From: Nitrosopumilus sp.
GTDB taxonomy: Archaea > Thermoproteota > Nitrososphaeria > Nitrososphaerales > Nitrosopumilaceae
Assembly: GCA_963667665.2 (NCBI GenBank)
Contig: OY763927.2
Span: 192,001-256,000 of the forward strand
Direction: 5' to 3'
DNA: 64,000 nt
Both the position numbers and the translations under genes were made by a program. Shown in pieces: positions 18,910-29,820 of the stretch (its first letter is position 1; each line of letters starts with the position of its first letter). The notes below the pieces were generated by a model. That model was not told the DNA's origin. It saw only the letters and a program-made list of their open reading frames with translations, and did not search any database.

Positions 18910-21900
18910 CTATTCTACAGATATTCTTATTTTTTGTCCATCAATATCATCATCTTTGTATTCCTTGCATGATTCTGTAAAATTTACTTGCTTTACTCTA
19001 ACCAAAAATGCCAGTTCATCTGCTCTCTCTTTTACCATTTCAAGTGATTCATCATCCAAATCAAGAATTGATGCAACACCTAAAACATCAGTTGGCGTGT
19101 ATCCTCTTTCTTTTCTTAGAGTTTGGAGTCGTCTTGCAACATCTTTTACTAATCCTTTTGCCATCATTTCTCTATTTCGTGATGTTGAGATAAATACGAT
19201 ATAGTTGTCTCTTTTTGATACTGCAAAGTTTTCATTTGCATCAAAATCTATAACAAAATCTTCATTATCTAATGATATAATTTCTCCACCAATATCAAAA
19301 TCATATTTTCCATCTTTTTGCAATGATGAAATAATCTCTTCTGGATTTGTTTCTGTAAATGCGGCAACTAGTTTCCCCATGTGTTGTCTTGCCTTGGGTC
19401 CAATTTTCTTTCTTTCTAATTCGATAATTGCTTTAACAGGTAATCCTAATTGTTTTAATTCTAAAATTTGCTCTAGTCCTGATTCTTTTTCTGTTTCAAC
19501 AATACTAAATTTTTCTATGTTTAACTGGGACTGTAATAATTCAGATAATGATTCGAGTTTAGTTTTCTGATCTTTTCTTACACAAATTTGTGCTTCATTT
19601 AATGGCCATCTTCGTTTTAGTTTTCCTTTCATTCTGGCAGCTGATGATACAGAGACAACGTCTTTCATTATATCAAATGATTCCTCAATTTTTTCATTGA
19701 CTAGTGATTCTTGATATTGAGGCCATTTGTCAAGTAGAATACTTTGCTTTTCATCAAATACTGTTTGGTATAGGTATTCACTAGTAAATGGACAAAACGG
19801 ATGAATCAAAATATCTAGTGTTTTAAGCACTTTACTTAGTACTGCATAAATTGCAAGTCTTCGGTTTTTCTTTTCCTCACCTTCATCCCATAATTCCCTC
19901 CTGGTAATTGGAATGTATACTTGACTTAGATTATTTATGATAAATTCATCAATTGCTTTTGCACCTTCATGGAACTTACATGTTTGAATTTTTCCAGTAA
20001 TTTCTTGAATCAATTTTTGTAGTTTTGATAGTAGCCAAATATCTGGAGATGTTAACAGATCATTTTGTTTTGCCCATTCAATTGTTTTTGATTGTTCAAA
20101 ATTGTCGTATTCACTATTTTGCTTAAAGTATAGGTGTAGATTGAATAGTGTGTTAATCACCTGATATGGTCTTGACATTAACTCATCAGTGCTGAAGCTT
20201 AGTGGCTCAATTGGGCTTGCCTTCCACATGAAATAGAACCGTATCAAATCTACTGGATATTTTTGCAGCAATTCTGCTCCATCTAAAACATTTCCTTTGC
20301 TTTTACTCATCTTGCCTCCTTTTTCATCAAGTACATGTCCTTGAAACAAAAATGACTTGAATGGAGGAGTTGGAGAATTATTTAAAATAACATTTTCAAT
20401 AAGTAGTGTGTATGCCCATCCTCTAGTTTGATCAATTCCTTCAGTGAAAAATGGTGCAGGAATTTCTTTTGAATATTCTTCATCACTTAATGATGAATAT
20501 GGTGCAGAACCACTATTGTGCCATGTATCTAAAACATATTCTTCTCTCTTTGTTTTAGTACTGTTGCATTTTTTGCACTTTACAGAAATATTGTCAATCC
20601 ACGGTCTGTGTAATTCAAAATCTTCTCCATCAGGCAAATTATCTGCTGCATCAACAATTTCTTTTCTTGTAAAGAACCAATTTTTTTCACCACAATCCTC
20701 ACAATTCCAAACAGGTAATGGACAACCCCAAATTCTTTCTCGTGAAATACACCAAGGGTGTCTTTCTTTTATGATTCCCAAAAATCTATTTTTTGGTTGC
20801 TCAAAAAAGTATTCTACACTTTCTGCAGCCTCAATTGCTTTGTTTTCAAGGCGGTCTAGCTTGTAAAACCAACCTCTTCTGGCAAGCCATACAATTGGAT
20901 GGTGTGATCTCCAGCATAATGGATACTTGTGTTTTATTTTACCAATTTTTACTAGAGCATTACACTCTTTTAGATCTTCTACAATTATTCTGTCAGCATC
21001 TCTGACAAACATTCCTGTGTATTTGCCTGCTTGGGTAGTGAACTTTACTTCATCATCAATGGGGCTGAAAATTTTGACTTTTCTTTTATTTGCTATTTTG
21101 ATATCTTCCTCTCCGTTTGCAGGAGACAAGTGTACCAGTCCACTTCCTGCAGTAACATCAACAAATGATTCAGCTACTGCAACATGATAATTATCTGACT
21201 TTGCGTATTCACTTAACTCTGGAACTAAATTCAACAATGGATGGATGTATTTTTTTCCTTCAAATTCTGAACCCTTTACAGTTTTTTCAATTTTATAATC
21301 CTCAATTTTCACATCTACCATGAATTCTTCTAGTCTGGTCTTTCCAACAACCCATGTCTCGTTCTCTACTTTGACATAATGATAATCTTCTTTTGGTTGT
21401 AAACCGACCATTGCATCTGTAATTAGTGTAAATGGCATGGTAGTCCATACAATCAAAAATGCATCTTCATCAACTAGTTTTACTTTGTAGTATAGTGACG
21501 GATCTTTAACTTCTTCATATCCTTGATTTACTTCTGCATGACTCAGTGATGTCTGACAACTTGGACAATATGCAATTACTGTAAAGTCTTCTTCTAGAAT
21601 TCCATTCTCATATGCTTTTTTTAGAACTTGCCATTCTCTTTCAATAAATTCATCTCTAAAAGTCCAATATGCTTTGTCATGATTAAATGACATACCAAGT
21701 AAATCATCAACTTGTATCCATGCCTTGTTGTATTTTTCTACAACTTTTTTGCATTCCGATACAATTCTCTCAATTCCAAATTGTTTAATTAATTCTGTCT
21801 TTCCACCAGTAACTCCTAATTCTTTTTCAACTTGTAATTCAACTGGAAGTCCTTGTGTATCCCATCCTCCATTGAACTCAATTTTTTTTCCTTGTAATGT

Positions 21901-22107
21901 ATTGAATCGATACCACAAATCTTTGATGACTCTGCCCCTTAGATGTCCTGCATGTGGGATACCATTCATAGTTGGTGGCCCTTCAATGAATCTAATTTTA
22001 TCCGGTTTGTCAGATGCAAAAATTTGTTTTTCTAAATCAATTGATTTGATGTATTTTCTTACTTGGAATTCTATTGCTTTTGCATCAAACTTTGTAGAAA
22101 GTTCCAT
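18910..22107 (-). CDS. ileS: isoleucine--tRNA ligase
   Basis: EGPPTMNGIPHAGH, WTTMP, WCISRER.WG, EGIDQTRGW, KMSKS. Confidence 0.96.
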   Translation of the reverse strand: MELSTKFDAKAIEFQVRKYIKSIDLEKQIFASDKPDKIRFIEGPPTMNGIPHAGHLRGRVIKDLWYRFNTLQGKKIEFNGGWDTQGLPVELQVEKELGVTGGKTELIKQFGIERIVSECKKVVEKYNKAWIQVDDLLGMSFNHDKAYWTFRDEFIEREWQVLKKAYENGILEEDFTVIAYCPSCQTSLSHAEVNQGYEEVKDPSLYYKVKLVDEDAFLIVWTTMPFTLITDAMVGLQPKEDYHYVKVENETWVVGKTRLEEFMVDVKIEDYKIEKTVKGSEFEGKKYIHPLLNLVPELSEYAKSDNYHVAVAESFVDVTAGSGLVHLSPANGEEDIKIANKRKVKIFSPIDDEVKFTTQAGKYTGMFVRDADRIIVEDLKECNALVKIGKIKHKYPLCWRSHHPIVWLARRGWFYKLDRLENKAIEAAESVEYFFEQPKNRFLGIIKERHPWCISRERIWGCPLPVWNCEDCGEKNWFFTRKEIVDAADNLPDGEDFELHRPWIDNISVKCKKCNSTKTKREEYVLDTWHNSGSAPYSSLSDEEYSKEIPAPFFTEGIDQTRGWAYTLLIENVILNNSPTPPFKSFLFQGHVLDEKGGKMSKSKGNVLDGAELLQKYPVDLIRFYFMWKASPIEPLSFSTDELMSRPYQVINTLFNLHLYFKQNSEYDNFEQSKTIEWAKQNDLLTSPDIWLLSKLQKLIQEITGKIQTCKFHEGAKAIDEFIINNLSQVYIPITRRELWDEGEEKKNRRLAIYAVLSKVLKTLDILIHPFCPFTSEYLYQTVFDEKQSILLDKWPQYQESLVNEKIEESFDIMKDVVSVSSAARMKGKLKRRWPLNEAQICVRKDQKTKLESLSELLQSQLNIEKFSIVETEKESGLEQILELKQLGLPVKAIIELERKKIGPKARQHMGKLVAAFTETNPEEIISSLQKDGKYDFDIGGEIISLDNEDFVIDFDANENFAVSKRDNYIVFISTSRNREMMAKGLVKDVARRLQTLRKERGYTPTDVLGVASILDLDDESLEMVKERADELAFLVRVKQVNFTESCKEYKDDDIDGQKIRISVE

Positions 22108-22190
22108 CTGGATTTTGATATGTAGGTGACATTATAAAGCTAAATTGCTTTTTCAAGACTTGGAATATATAATTGAGTGAAAGATAATTT

Positions 22191-23456
22191 TTGTTGGTAA
22201 ATGTTCTAGTAGTTGGTTCTGGTGGGCGAGAACATGCATTATCATGGAAACTATCTCAAAGCCCTAATGTTGATACTGTATATACTGCTCCTGGAAATGG
22301 TGGCACTGAAAATAATGTTCCCATAAATGTGGATGATTTAGATGGATTATCTGATTTTGCTAAAAAAAATAATTGCTTTACAGTAATAGGACCAGAAGCC
22401 CCATTGGCTGCAGGAATTGTTGATAAATTTAATCAATGTAATCTCAAAGTTTTTGGTCCTTCAAAACTTGCAGCACAACTTGAATCAAGTAAGATTTGGG
22501 CAAAGAATTTCATGAAACGCAATGATATCCCTTCAGCACGATTTGAAATATTTGATGATGCTCAAAAGGCTCAAGATTATGTCCAATCCCTTGATTACAA
22601 TGTTGTAGTAAAAGCTGATGGACTTGCTGCAGGAAAGGGGGTTATTGTTTGTAATAGTAATGCAGAGGCATTTTCTGCAATCCAAATAATTCTAGTTAAA
22701 AAAACATTTGGTGATGCTGGAAATCGTATCATCATTGAAGAGCGAATAGATGGAATTGAAGCTTCATACATTGCACTTTCTGATGGTGAGATTGCTATTC
22801 CTATGGCAACCAGTCAAGATCATAAGAGGATTTTTGATAATGATCAAGGTCCTAATACAGGCGGTATGGGTGCGTATTCTCCAACCCCAATTGTTGATGA
22901 TGTCCTAGCAAAAAAAATACAAGAAAAAATTATTGATAAAACAATTCAAGCAATGAAAAATGAAAATATTTCTTTTAAGGGATTTCTGTATGCTGGAATA
23001 ATGATCAAAAATAATGAACCGTATGTTTTAGAATACAATGTACGTATGGGGGATCCTGAATGTCAACCAATTACAATGAGAATGGATTTTGATTTGTATG
23101 ATTATTTTGTTGCATGCGCTGATGGAAAATTATCATCAATGCCTTTACCCTCTTGGAAGAATCAATCTGCAGTATGTATTGTATTAGCATCAGAGGGATA
23201 TCCAGAATCATATTCCAAAAATGAAGAAATCTCAGGATTTGATTCTGTTTCTGATGAAGCCTATGTTTTTCATGCTGGAACAAAAAAACTAGATGGAAAA
23301 ATTGTCTCAAATGGTGGGCGTGTTTTGGGAGTTACTGCATTAGGCGATTCTCTAGAATCTGCAATTACTAATGCTTATGCAGCAGCTGAGAAAATTTCAT
23401 GGTCTCACAAATATTGTAGAAAAGATATCGGTAAGAAAGGTATAACTTATCTCTGA
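22191..23456 (+). CDS. purD: phosphoribosylamine--glycine ligase
   Basis: GSGGREHAL, KADGLAAGKGV, GPNTGGMGAY, RMGDPE. Confidence 0.97.
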   Translation: MLVNVLVVGSGGREHALSWKLSQSPNVDTVYTAPGNGGTENNVPINVDDLDGLSDFAKKNNCFTVIGPEAPLAAGIVDKFNQCNLKVFGPSKLAAQLESSKIWAKNFMKRNDIPSARFEIFDDAQKAQDYVQSLDYNVVVKADGLAAGKGVIVCNSNAEAFSAIQIILVKKTFGDAGNRIIIEERIDGIEASYIALSDGEIAIPMATSQDHKRIFDNDQGPNTGGMGAYSPTPIVDDVLAKKIQEKIIDKTIQAMKNENISFKGFLYAGIMIKNNEPYVLEYNVRMGDPECQPITMRMDFDLYDYFVACADGKLSSMPLPSWKNQSAVCIVLASEGYPESYSKNEEISGFDSVSDEAYVFHAGTKKLDGKIVSNGGRVLGVTALGDSLESAITNAYAAAEKISWSHKYCRKDIGKKGITYL

Positions 23457-24010
23457 GTTTCTAAAATTCTATCTTCAGTAATTACCCAATCAATTATAAT
23501 ATCATGTTCTGATTTTGGGATTTTTTTTACAATTTGTTTTTCAAAAGTTAAAGATATTGTTACAGACTTGTGTTTTGCTAGAAATCTATCATAAAACCCA
23601 TGACCATATCCTAATCTAACTCCAATTGGTGATATGCCTACAGTTGGAACTAAAACTACATCAAGATCATTATCTATTTCACAGTCTTCTTTAGGTTCCA
23701 TGATATCAAAACTGCCTTTTTCTAGGCTTGAAAAATCAATTATTTTTCTAAATTCCATTTCTTTTTCAATCACTTTAGGCAAAAACACCTCTTTTCCATT
23801 ACTGAGAAGTTCTTGAATAATGTCTTGTGTTAAAATTTCACTTCCAATCGGATAATACACTCCAATCTTTTGAGCAACTCTGTATGAATTAATTTTCTTT
23901 ATTCTCTTTTGAATTTTTCCACTTGCAATCTTCATAAAATCAAAAGATGTGTTGTCTCTTTTTTCTAAAAGAAAACTTCGAAGTGATTTTCTTTCAGGAC
24001 TATCTTCCAA
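23447..24010 (-). CDS. 5-formyltetrahydrofolate cyclo-ligase
   Basis: LVPTVG, RLGYGHGFYDRFL, HD..ID..ITE. Confidence 0.93.
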   Translation of the reverse strand: MEDSPERKSLRSFLLEKRDNTSFDFMKIASGKIQKRIKKINSYRVAQKIGVYYPIGSEILTQDIIQELLSNGKEVFLPKVIEKEMEFRKIIDFSSLEKGSFDIMEPKEDCEIDNDLDVVLVPTVGISPIGVRLGYGHGFYDRFLAKHKSVTISLTFEKQIVKKIPKSEHDIIIDWVITEDRILETQR

Positions 24011-24863
24011 TTTGAGTACTCAAAGATGCTGCAGTAATTGTATTTTTTAATAGCATAGCAACTGTCATAGGGCCAACTCCTCCTGGAACTGGTGTTGCAA
24101 AAGATGCTTTTTGGATAATTTTCTCATAGTCTGAATCTCCAACTAGTTTTTCTTGTAATTTTGAAATTGCAACATCAATTACAACTGCACCCTCTTTAAT
24201 CATCTCTGGTGTTAGGGTGAACTTTGTTCTATCACCAACTGCAGTAATAATAATATCTGCAGCTTGACATAACTCAGTTAGATTTTTAGTTTTAGAATGA
24301 CATGTCACTACTGTTGCATTTTTTTCTAATAATAAATGATATAGTGGTTTCCCAACAAGATTACTTCTGTTAATTAATACAACATTTTTTCCATGCAAAT
24401 CAATTTCATGATAATCAAACATCTCCATTATTCCTAATGGTGTACATGCAACTAGTGCTGCTTTTTTCATTACAAGTAATCCTGCATTATGCGGAGTTAG
24501 TCCATCAACATCTTTTAGCGGTGATATTCTTGATGTTGTAGCAAATTCATCTAGTTGTTCAGGCAATGGAAGCTGAACTAGAATTCCATGAACTAAACTA
24601 TCTTTGTTTAAATTTTCAATAATCTCATCAAGTTGTGTTTGTGAAATATTTGCATCAAGTTTATGATCTTTTGTGATAATTCCTGTCTCGTTGCATGCAG
24701 AATGCTTGTTTTTAACATATGTAGCTGATGCTGGATTGTCTCCTACTAGAATTGTAGCTAAGCACGGATTGACTCCTTGAGATTTTAACACATTAACTGC
24801 TTTTTTGACTCTATCCTTGACTGATTGGGCAATAACTATTCCATCAATCTTGATACCTGGCAT
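24000..24863 (-). CDS. folD: bifunctional methylenetetrahydrofolate dehydrogenase/cyclohydrolase
   Basis: GILVQLPLP, KDVDG, RSNLVGKP, TPVPGGVGPMT. Confidence 0.96.
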   Translation of the reverse strand: MPGIKIDGIVIAQSVKDRVKKAVNVLKSQGVNPCLATILVGDNPASATYVKNKHSACNETGIITKDHKLDANISQTQLDEIIENLNKDSLVHGILVQLPLPEQLDEFATTSRISPLKDVDGLTPHNAGLLVMKKAALVACTPLGIMEMFDYHEIDLHGKNVVLINRSNLVGKPLYHLLLEKNATVVTCHSKTKNLTELCQAADIIITAVGDRTKFTLTPEMIKEGAVVIDVAISKLQEKLVGDSDYEKIIQKASFATPVPGGVGPMTVAMLLKNTITAASLSTQIGR

Positions 24864-24918
24864 ATTCTGCTTTTGATTAGTAGATATTTAATACTTGAAT
24901 TTCACTGGTTGTACACTA

Positions 24919-25239
24919 ATGAAACTTGATTTTGATGTAAACAATTCAATCAAAAAAATAAAAAAAAGTAGTACGTATTTTCACACCTTTATCAACAAGT
25001 CCAGTTTAGCTGTTGGAGTTTTGGTTTTAAAACCTGGAGAAGAAGATACACAAGTTCCTCATGATAGTGATGAGGTATATTATGTAATTTCTGGTGATGG
25101 TTTTTTGAAAATTAAAGAAAAAGATTACAAAGTTTCAAAAGATAAAGTATTCTTTGTAGCAAAAGATGTTAAGCATTATTTTCACGGAAATAAAAAAGAA
25201 CTCAAAGTTTTGTATTTTTTTGGTGGACCAGACACTTAA
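24919..25239 (+). CDS. cupin domain protein
   Basis: DTQVPHDSDEVYYVISGDG...HYFH. Confidence 0.85.
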   Translation: MKLDFDVNNSIKKIKKSSTYFHTFINKSSLAVGVLVLKPGEEDTQVPHDSDEVYYVISGDGFLKIKEKDYKVSKDKVFFVAKDVKHYFHGNKKELKVLYFFGGPDT

Positions 25240-25853
25240 CTGATAATTGTTTTTCTTCCAGAAACTCTGATCTTTTTTCTTGCAAACAAATTAATTGCCT
25301 CAGGATAAATTCTATGTTCTTCTTTTAGAATTCTTTTTGATAATGATTCATTTGTATCATTTTCTTTTACTTTGACTATTGCCTGAATAATTATGGAACC
25401 TGTATCCATTCCTAAATCAACAAAATGTACTGTACATCCTGAAAATTTTACACCATGCTCTAATGCTTGTTTTTGAGAATCTAATCCTGGAAATGCAGGT
25501 AATAATGATGGATGGATATTGATCATTCTGTTTTTGTATTTTTTTACAAATTGTGGACTGATGATTCTCATAAATCCTGCAAGACAAACAAGGCCATTTT
25601 TAGGGGTAACTCCATGTTTTATCAAAGATGTCATAACTTTTTTGTCATATTGCACTCTGCTTCCTTTGAAGCCCTTGCTTTCAATGACTTCTATGTTGAT
25701 TCCTAACTTTTTTGCTATTTTCAGACCCTTTGCATTATGCTTGTTTGAAATCACTATTGCAGGATTAATTGGAATTTTTTTTTTCTTAATTGATTTTAGA
25801 ATAGACTCCATGTTGCTCCCACGACCTGAGATTAGAATTCCTAGATTTAGCAA
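25236..25853 (-). CDS. purN: phosphoribosylglycinamide formyltransferase
   Basis: ISGRGSNM, LAGFMRI, NIHPSLLPAFPG, GCTVHFV. Confidence 0.96.
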   Translation of the reverse strand: MLNLGILISGRGSNMESILKSIKKKKIPINPAIVISNKHNAKGLKIAKKLGINIEVIESKGFKGSRVQYDKKVMTSLIKHGVTPKNGLVCLAGFMRIISPQFVKKYKNRMINIHPSLLPAFPGLDSQKQALEHGVKFSGCTVHFVDLGMDTGSIIIQAIVKVKENDTNESLSKRILKEEHRIYPEAINLFARKKIRVSGRKTIIS

Positions 25854-25920
25854 CTAGTCAATAGTAGATCAAACCTGCAATTAATGTGTGTGTATCGTAG
25901 ATTAATTACTACTATGCTGT

Positions 25921-27000
25921 AGACCAGTTGCGCAATTGATACAATTTGATCACAATCTCAATATTTACTCACAACAAGATCCAAAGCTAAGAAATAATCA
26001 TTCTCAAAATATGTTCAATCACATAAAACTAGCAAAAAAACCAAAACAATTCTTATCCATTACAGGACTAACTGTTACACAGTTTGATTCTCTATCCAAA
26101 GAAATACAAAAACATTACAAAATCACAGAAGCAAAACGTCTGTCAAAAAATAGAGAACGAAAAATCGGCGCAGGACACAAGTTTGATCATCCTCTCAAAG
26201 ATAGAATCATAATGCTGCTAATGTACTACAGAATGTACACAACATATGATTTGTTAGGTATGATATTTGATCTGGATAAATCAAATGTAATGCGAGACAT
26301 CAAATATTTGGAGCATGCAGTAAAGAAATCCATTCCAATTCCTACCAAAAAATATGCAGATTCAAAAAAGCTCAAGAATTTAGATGACATACAACAGTTC
26401 TTCCCTGAATTAATTGCAATTACTGATGGCACAGAGCAACTAATCCCAAGACCCAAAAATAGAATCAAAAGAAAGACACACTATTCAGGAAAAAAGAAAG
26501 ACACACACTATACAAAACCAAATTACGATTAATCTAAATGGTGAAATAATTCACAAATCTACACATTGTCCTGGGAGTCATCATGATTATAAAATATACA
26601 AATCAAAACATCCAACATTACCTGAAGAGTTGATGGTATTTTATGACCTTGGTTATTTAGGGGTAGAAAGAGATCTTCCAAAACAAATCAGCATTTTACC
26701 TTACAAGAAAAAGAGAGGAAAAAAGTTAACTGATTCTCAGAAAGAATGGAATAAAGCTCAGTCTAAGATTAGAATTAAAGTAGAGCACATCATTGCACAA
26801 ATCAAGGGATTCAGAATCAATTCAGACACGTTTAGGAATAGATTGTGCAGGTATGACACAATTAGTGAGATTGTTTGTGGGTTGATCAATTTCAAGATAC
26901 GATGGAAAGAAAAGTTTGTTGTGATTCCATGACAACATGAATCAATCAAATCTGAATTGAATCAAAGAACCGATTTTGTTAGTAATTGCGCAACTCATCT
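25921..27000 (+). mobile_element. IS5-family (DDE_Tnp_4/HTH_Tnp_4-type) insertion sequence, transposase frameshifted
   Basis: 17-bp imperfect TIRs AGACCAGTTGCGCAATT / AATTGCGCAACTCATCT, TGT target duplication (25918-25920, 27001-27003); ITDGTEQ, YSGKKK, DLGY, RIKVEH motifs; frameshift near 26500. Confidence 0.9.
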
Positions 27001-27012
27001 TGTATATCTAAT

Positions 27013-28065
27013 GTGCAAAGATCCCTTTTACTCTTCCAAAACAGTATTCATAGCAAGGAAACTTTACGAGTTTATCAATACTCCTTGGATAAATTTCTGC
27101 AGTACTTCAAACTTCGTGACTATGACAGTTTGGCAACTATGAACTCAAAGATGCTTCAAGAAATGGTTGAAGATTATGTGATGGAGAAAAAGAGTCAGGG
27201 TAAGGCACGGAGTACGATCAAAACTCCTATTTCTGCACTGGAATTATTCTGTGATGCTAATGATCTTGCAATTAACTGGAAGAAAATACACCGATTACTT
27301 CCTGCACAAAAGAAAAAGTCTGGTTCTAGATCATACTCTACTGAACAAGTACAAAAAATGCTTCAAGCTACAACTAATCTTAGAAACAAAGCGATCATAC
27401 ATTTTCTAGCTTCATCAGGTGTACGTATTGGTGCACTTCCCGAACTAAAGATAAAACATATCAGAAATATGCCACAAGGATGTAAAGTTGTGACTGTTTA
27501 TCCTGATGATGTTGAAGAATACTTTACATTTCTAACTTCTGAAGCTTCACAGGCAATTGATGATTATCTTGATAAAAGAATACATGATGGTGAGCATCTA
27601 GACCCTGAACACCCTCTGTTTAGAGAACACTATGCAATTGGAATTGCAAAACCAAAACATTTGGTTAAAGTTAGTATTCAAGCTATAATTGACAGAATTC
27701 TAAGGCGAGCTGGAATTAGATTTGGTAGAGATGGTTCTAGACGTGATGTACAGCTTGATCATGGATTTAGAAAACGTTGGAATACAATTGTCAAAACTAC
27801 TGATGGTGTTAAGATAATTCTAGCTGAAAAGATGTTTGGACATTCTACCCCTACCATTCCATTGGATGAAACATATGTTGATGCATCAATTGAAAAACTC
27901 TTTGAGGAATTCAAAAAAGTAATTCCTGAATTAACCATTGATGATTCTGAACGTCTCAAATTCAAAAATGAAAAATTGGAAAAAGAAAACACAGAGATTG
28001 AAATAAGGTCTGCAAGAATTGATGCTCTTGAAAGACGAATGAGAATTATGGAAAAATCGAAATAA
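27013..28065 (+). CDS. tyrosine recombinase/integrase
   Basis: SSGVRIG, HGFRKR, MFGH and Y; likely start GTG 27013 because the 26986 start lies inside the IS terminal repeat. Confidence 0.92.
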   Translation: MQRSLLLFQNSIHSKETLRVYQYSLDKFLQYFKLRDYDSLATMNSKMLQEMVEDYVMEKKSQGKARSTIKTPISALELFCDANDLAINWKKIHRLLPAQKKKSGSRSYSTEQVQKMLQATTNLRNKAIIHFLASSGVRIGALPELKIKHIRNMPQGCKVVTVYPDDVEEYFTFLTSEASQAIDDYLDKRIHDGEHLDPEHPLFREHYAIGIAKPKHLVKVSIQAIIDRILRRAGIRFGRDGSRRDVQLDHGFRKRWNTIVKTTDGVKIILAEKMFGHSTPTIPLDETYVDASIEKLFEEFKKVIPELTIDDSERLKFKNEKLEKENTEIEIRSARIDALERRMRIMEKSK

Positions 28066-28083
28066 ATGAAGTATAATATCTTG

Positions 28084-28713
28084 TCAAAAACTTAATTGTT
28101 TTAATTTATCCAAATACCTTTGATTCATATAATCTTCTAATTCTTTTATTTTTTTAATTTCCACATCTGTTAATTTTATCTCTTTAAATTCCTTAAACAT
28201 TTTACCCATATCTGTTGTAGATAATATGTTATCTATATTCATTGGAACTTTATTTTTCATTATTTTCATAATTATTGTATATGTAATTGAATTTACAAAT
28301 TCTTCAACACTAAAAACATTGAGCCAATTTTCACCTTTATTCAAGCCAATGAATATGATTTTAAAAAGTAGAGCTGACATTGTCTTTTCCACTTCTTCAA
28401 ACATCCTATCATTCATTTTAATGAATTCAGGATCTAACATTTTCATACTAAAATTAGTTTGATATTGTGTTTTAATACTCATTTTTTTAAATCTAATGTC
28501 ATTTAATTTATCCTCTGATATTTTGTATAATTTATTTTTCCCTAATCGTCTAGATGTTATTATTCCATCCTCTGCTAATTGTTTTAGATATCTACTCAAT
28601 ACATTATCTGATAGTTCAATTTTATCTTTGATGGTTGTATATTGTACTTCATCATTATCTGACAATATGGATATTATGTCATCAAATCGTGCTTGTTTAT
28701 CTCTAGGTCTCAT
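28084..28713 (-). CDS. winged-helix transcriptional regulator
   Basis: LSDNVLSRYLKQLAEDGIITSRRLGKNKLYKI. Confidence 0.75.
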   Translation of the reverse strand: MRPRDKQARFDDIISILSDNDEVQYTTIKDKIELSDNVLSRYLKQLAEDGIITSRRLGKNKLYKISEDKLNDIRFKKMSIKTQYQTNFSMKMLDPEFIKMNDRMFEEVEKTMSALLFKIIFIGLNKGENWLNVFSVEEFVNSITYTIIMKIMKNKVPMNIDNILSTTDMGKMFKEFKEIKLTDVEIKKIKELEDYMNQRYLDKLKQLSF

Positions 28714-28847
28714 AATTCTCTTTTTTACTTTTTATATAATATCAAACATGTTAACTTTCCTTAACTAAGGTGATTCATAATGTGACTAACAAATGTTATA
28801 AATTGTTATACCTTACCTTACCTTAGGTAAGATGATTGAAAGTTCAG

Positions 28848-29015
28848 ATGAATATAAAAATTGAGAAGCGAGATTTAGATCTAATTCAAAAGGCTTCTGG
28901 TATAATTGGACAGGATAAGTCTGATTTTGTACGATTATCTGTTAAAAAAGAGCTTGCACGATTAGGTTTTCTCACAAAACAAGAATCCAAAGCTTTAGGA
29001 GTTGAAATCTCATGA
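28848..29015 (+). CDS. CopG/RHH-like small DNA-binding protein (55 aa)
   Basis: translated by eye: MNIKIEKRDLDLIQKASGIIGQDKSDFVRLSVKKELARLGFL...; divergent from the wHTH gene. Confidence 0.65.
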   Translation: MNIKIEKRDLDLIQKASGIIGQDKSDFVRLSVKKELARLGFLTKQESKALGVEIS

Positions 29016-29170
29016 ATCCCAGAATCTGTGCTGATGATAATCCTAAGATTGTTTTACGACGATATAATTGGGACGGCGAAATTGTAGAATTTTCCTTATG
29101 TAAAGAACATTGTCAAGATTCTGACTTCTCAAATTTCATTTCTGAAACTCCAATTATGGAGACAAACTAA
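29012..29170 (+). CDS. small hypothetical protein (52 aa)
   Basis: ATGA overlap with the RHH gene; MNPRICADDNPK...LCKEHCQD. Confidence 0.5.
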   Translation: MNPRICADDNPKIVLRRYNWDGEIVEFSLCKEHCQDSDFSNFISETPIMETN

Positions 29171-29435
29171 TTGTCTCAACTACAAATATTTCCAATATTA
29201 CAAAATTACAGTAAACGTACGTTTACCTCTGCAAGGTACCATGTAGAGAAAATATTCGCCAGACGAGGAATCGTATATTTGAATGAAGGTGTGTTGCAAT
29301 TATTTATTGTAATACACCTTCATTTTTTCATAATTCTTTTTTTGACTAGTTGGATTTTAATTGATAGTTTTAAAAAAATAAGATCTAAAGTTGCAAGTTT
29401 GGACACTGAGACTTTAGATTTAACACATAACCGAG

Positions 29436-29591
29436 GTGTTTACTTTATCATCTAAGATCTTACCAATAAATAATTCCAAAAAATCATATCTTCTTTGTAA
29501 ATACTGTTTGAAAACAAAGAATCGTTCCAGAAAATTTCATTCATTACATGCTCTGAAATGGCATCTTACACATGAGCATGGAGATTATTAG
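29436..29591 (+). CDS. C2H2 zinc-finger small protein
   Basis: ...LLCKYCLKTKNRSRKFHSLHALKWHLTHEHGDY; start codon uncertain. Confidence 0.55.
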   Translation: MFTLSSKILPINNSKKSYLLCKYCLKTKNRSRKFHSLHALKWHLTHEHGDY

Positions 29592-29715
29592 ATTTAAATT
29601 AAAAATTAAAACAAAACCTGCTTGGTATCCTGTAATCAAACGAGAATTCCCTGAAGATGAAAAAGATTTTGGAGAGTGGTATTATGATGACTGAATGGTA
29701 TGATGACATATGTTT

Positions 29716-29803
29716 AGGGAACTTAGGGAAGATATCTTCTATTGACTGTAATATAATCAGATTTATTTTTAGAGAATGGTATTGTATCTTCCCTATCTTC
29801 CCT
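29716..29803. repeat. 19-bp inverted repeat upstream of the helicase gene
   Basis: AGGGAACTTAGGGAAGATA (29716-29734) vs TATCTTCCCTATCTTCCCT (29785-29803), 17/19 complementary. Confidence 0.65.
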
Positions 29804-29820
29804 GTTTGGAGATTTTTCTA

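Noticed and set aside
18836-22129. numerous antisense or overlapping ORFs in the track (opposite ileS here, and likewise sucCD, uvrA, the cupredoxin and the adhesin)
   Set aside because: shadow frames of well-supported genes, with no recognisable motifs
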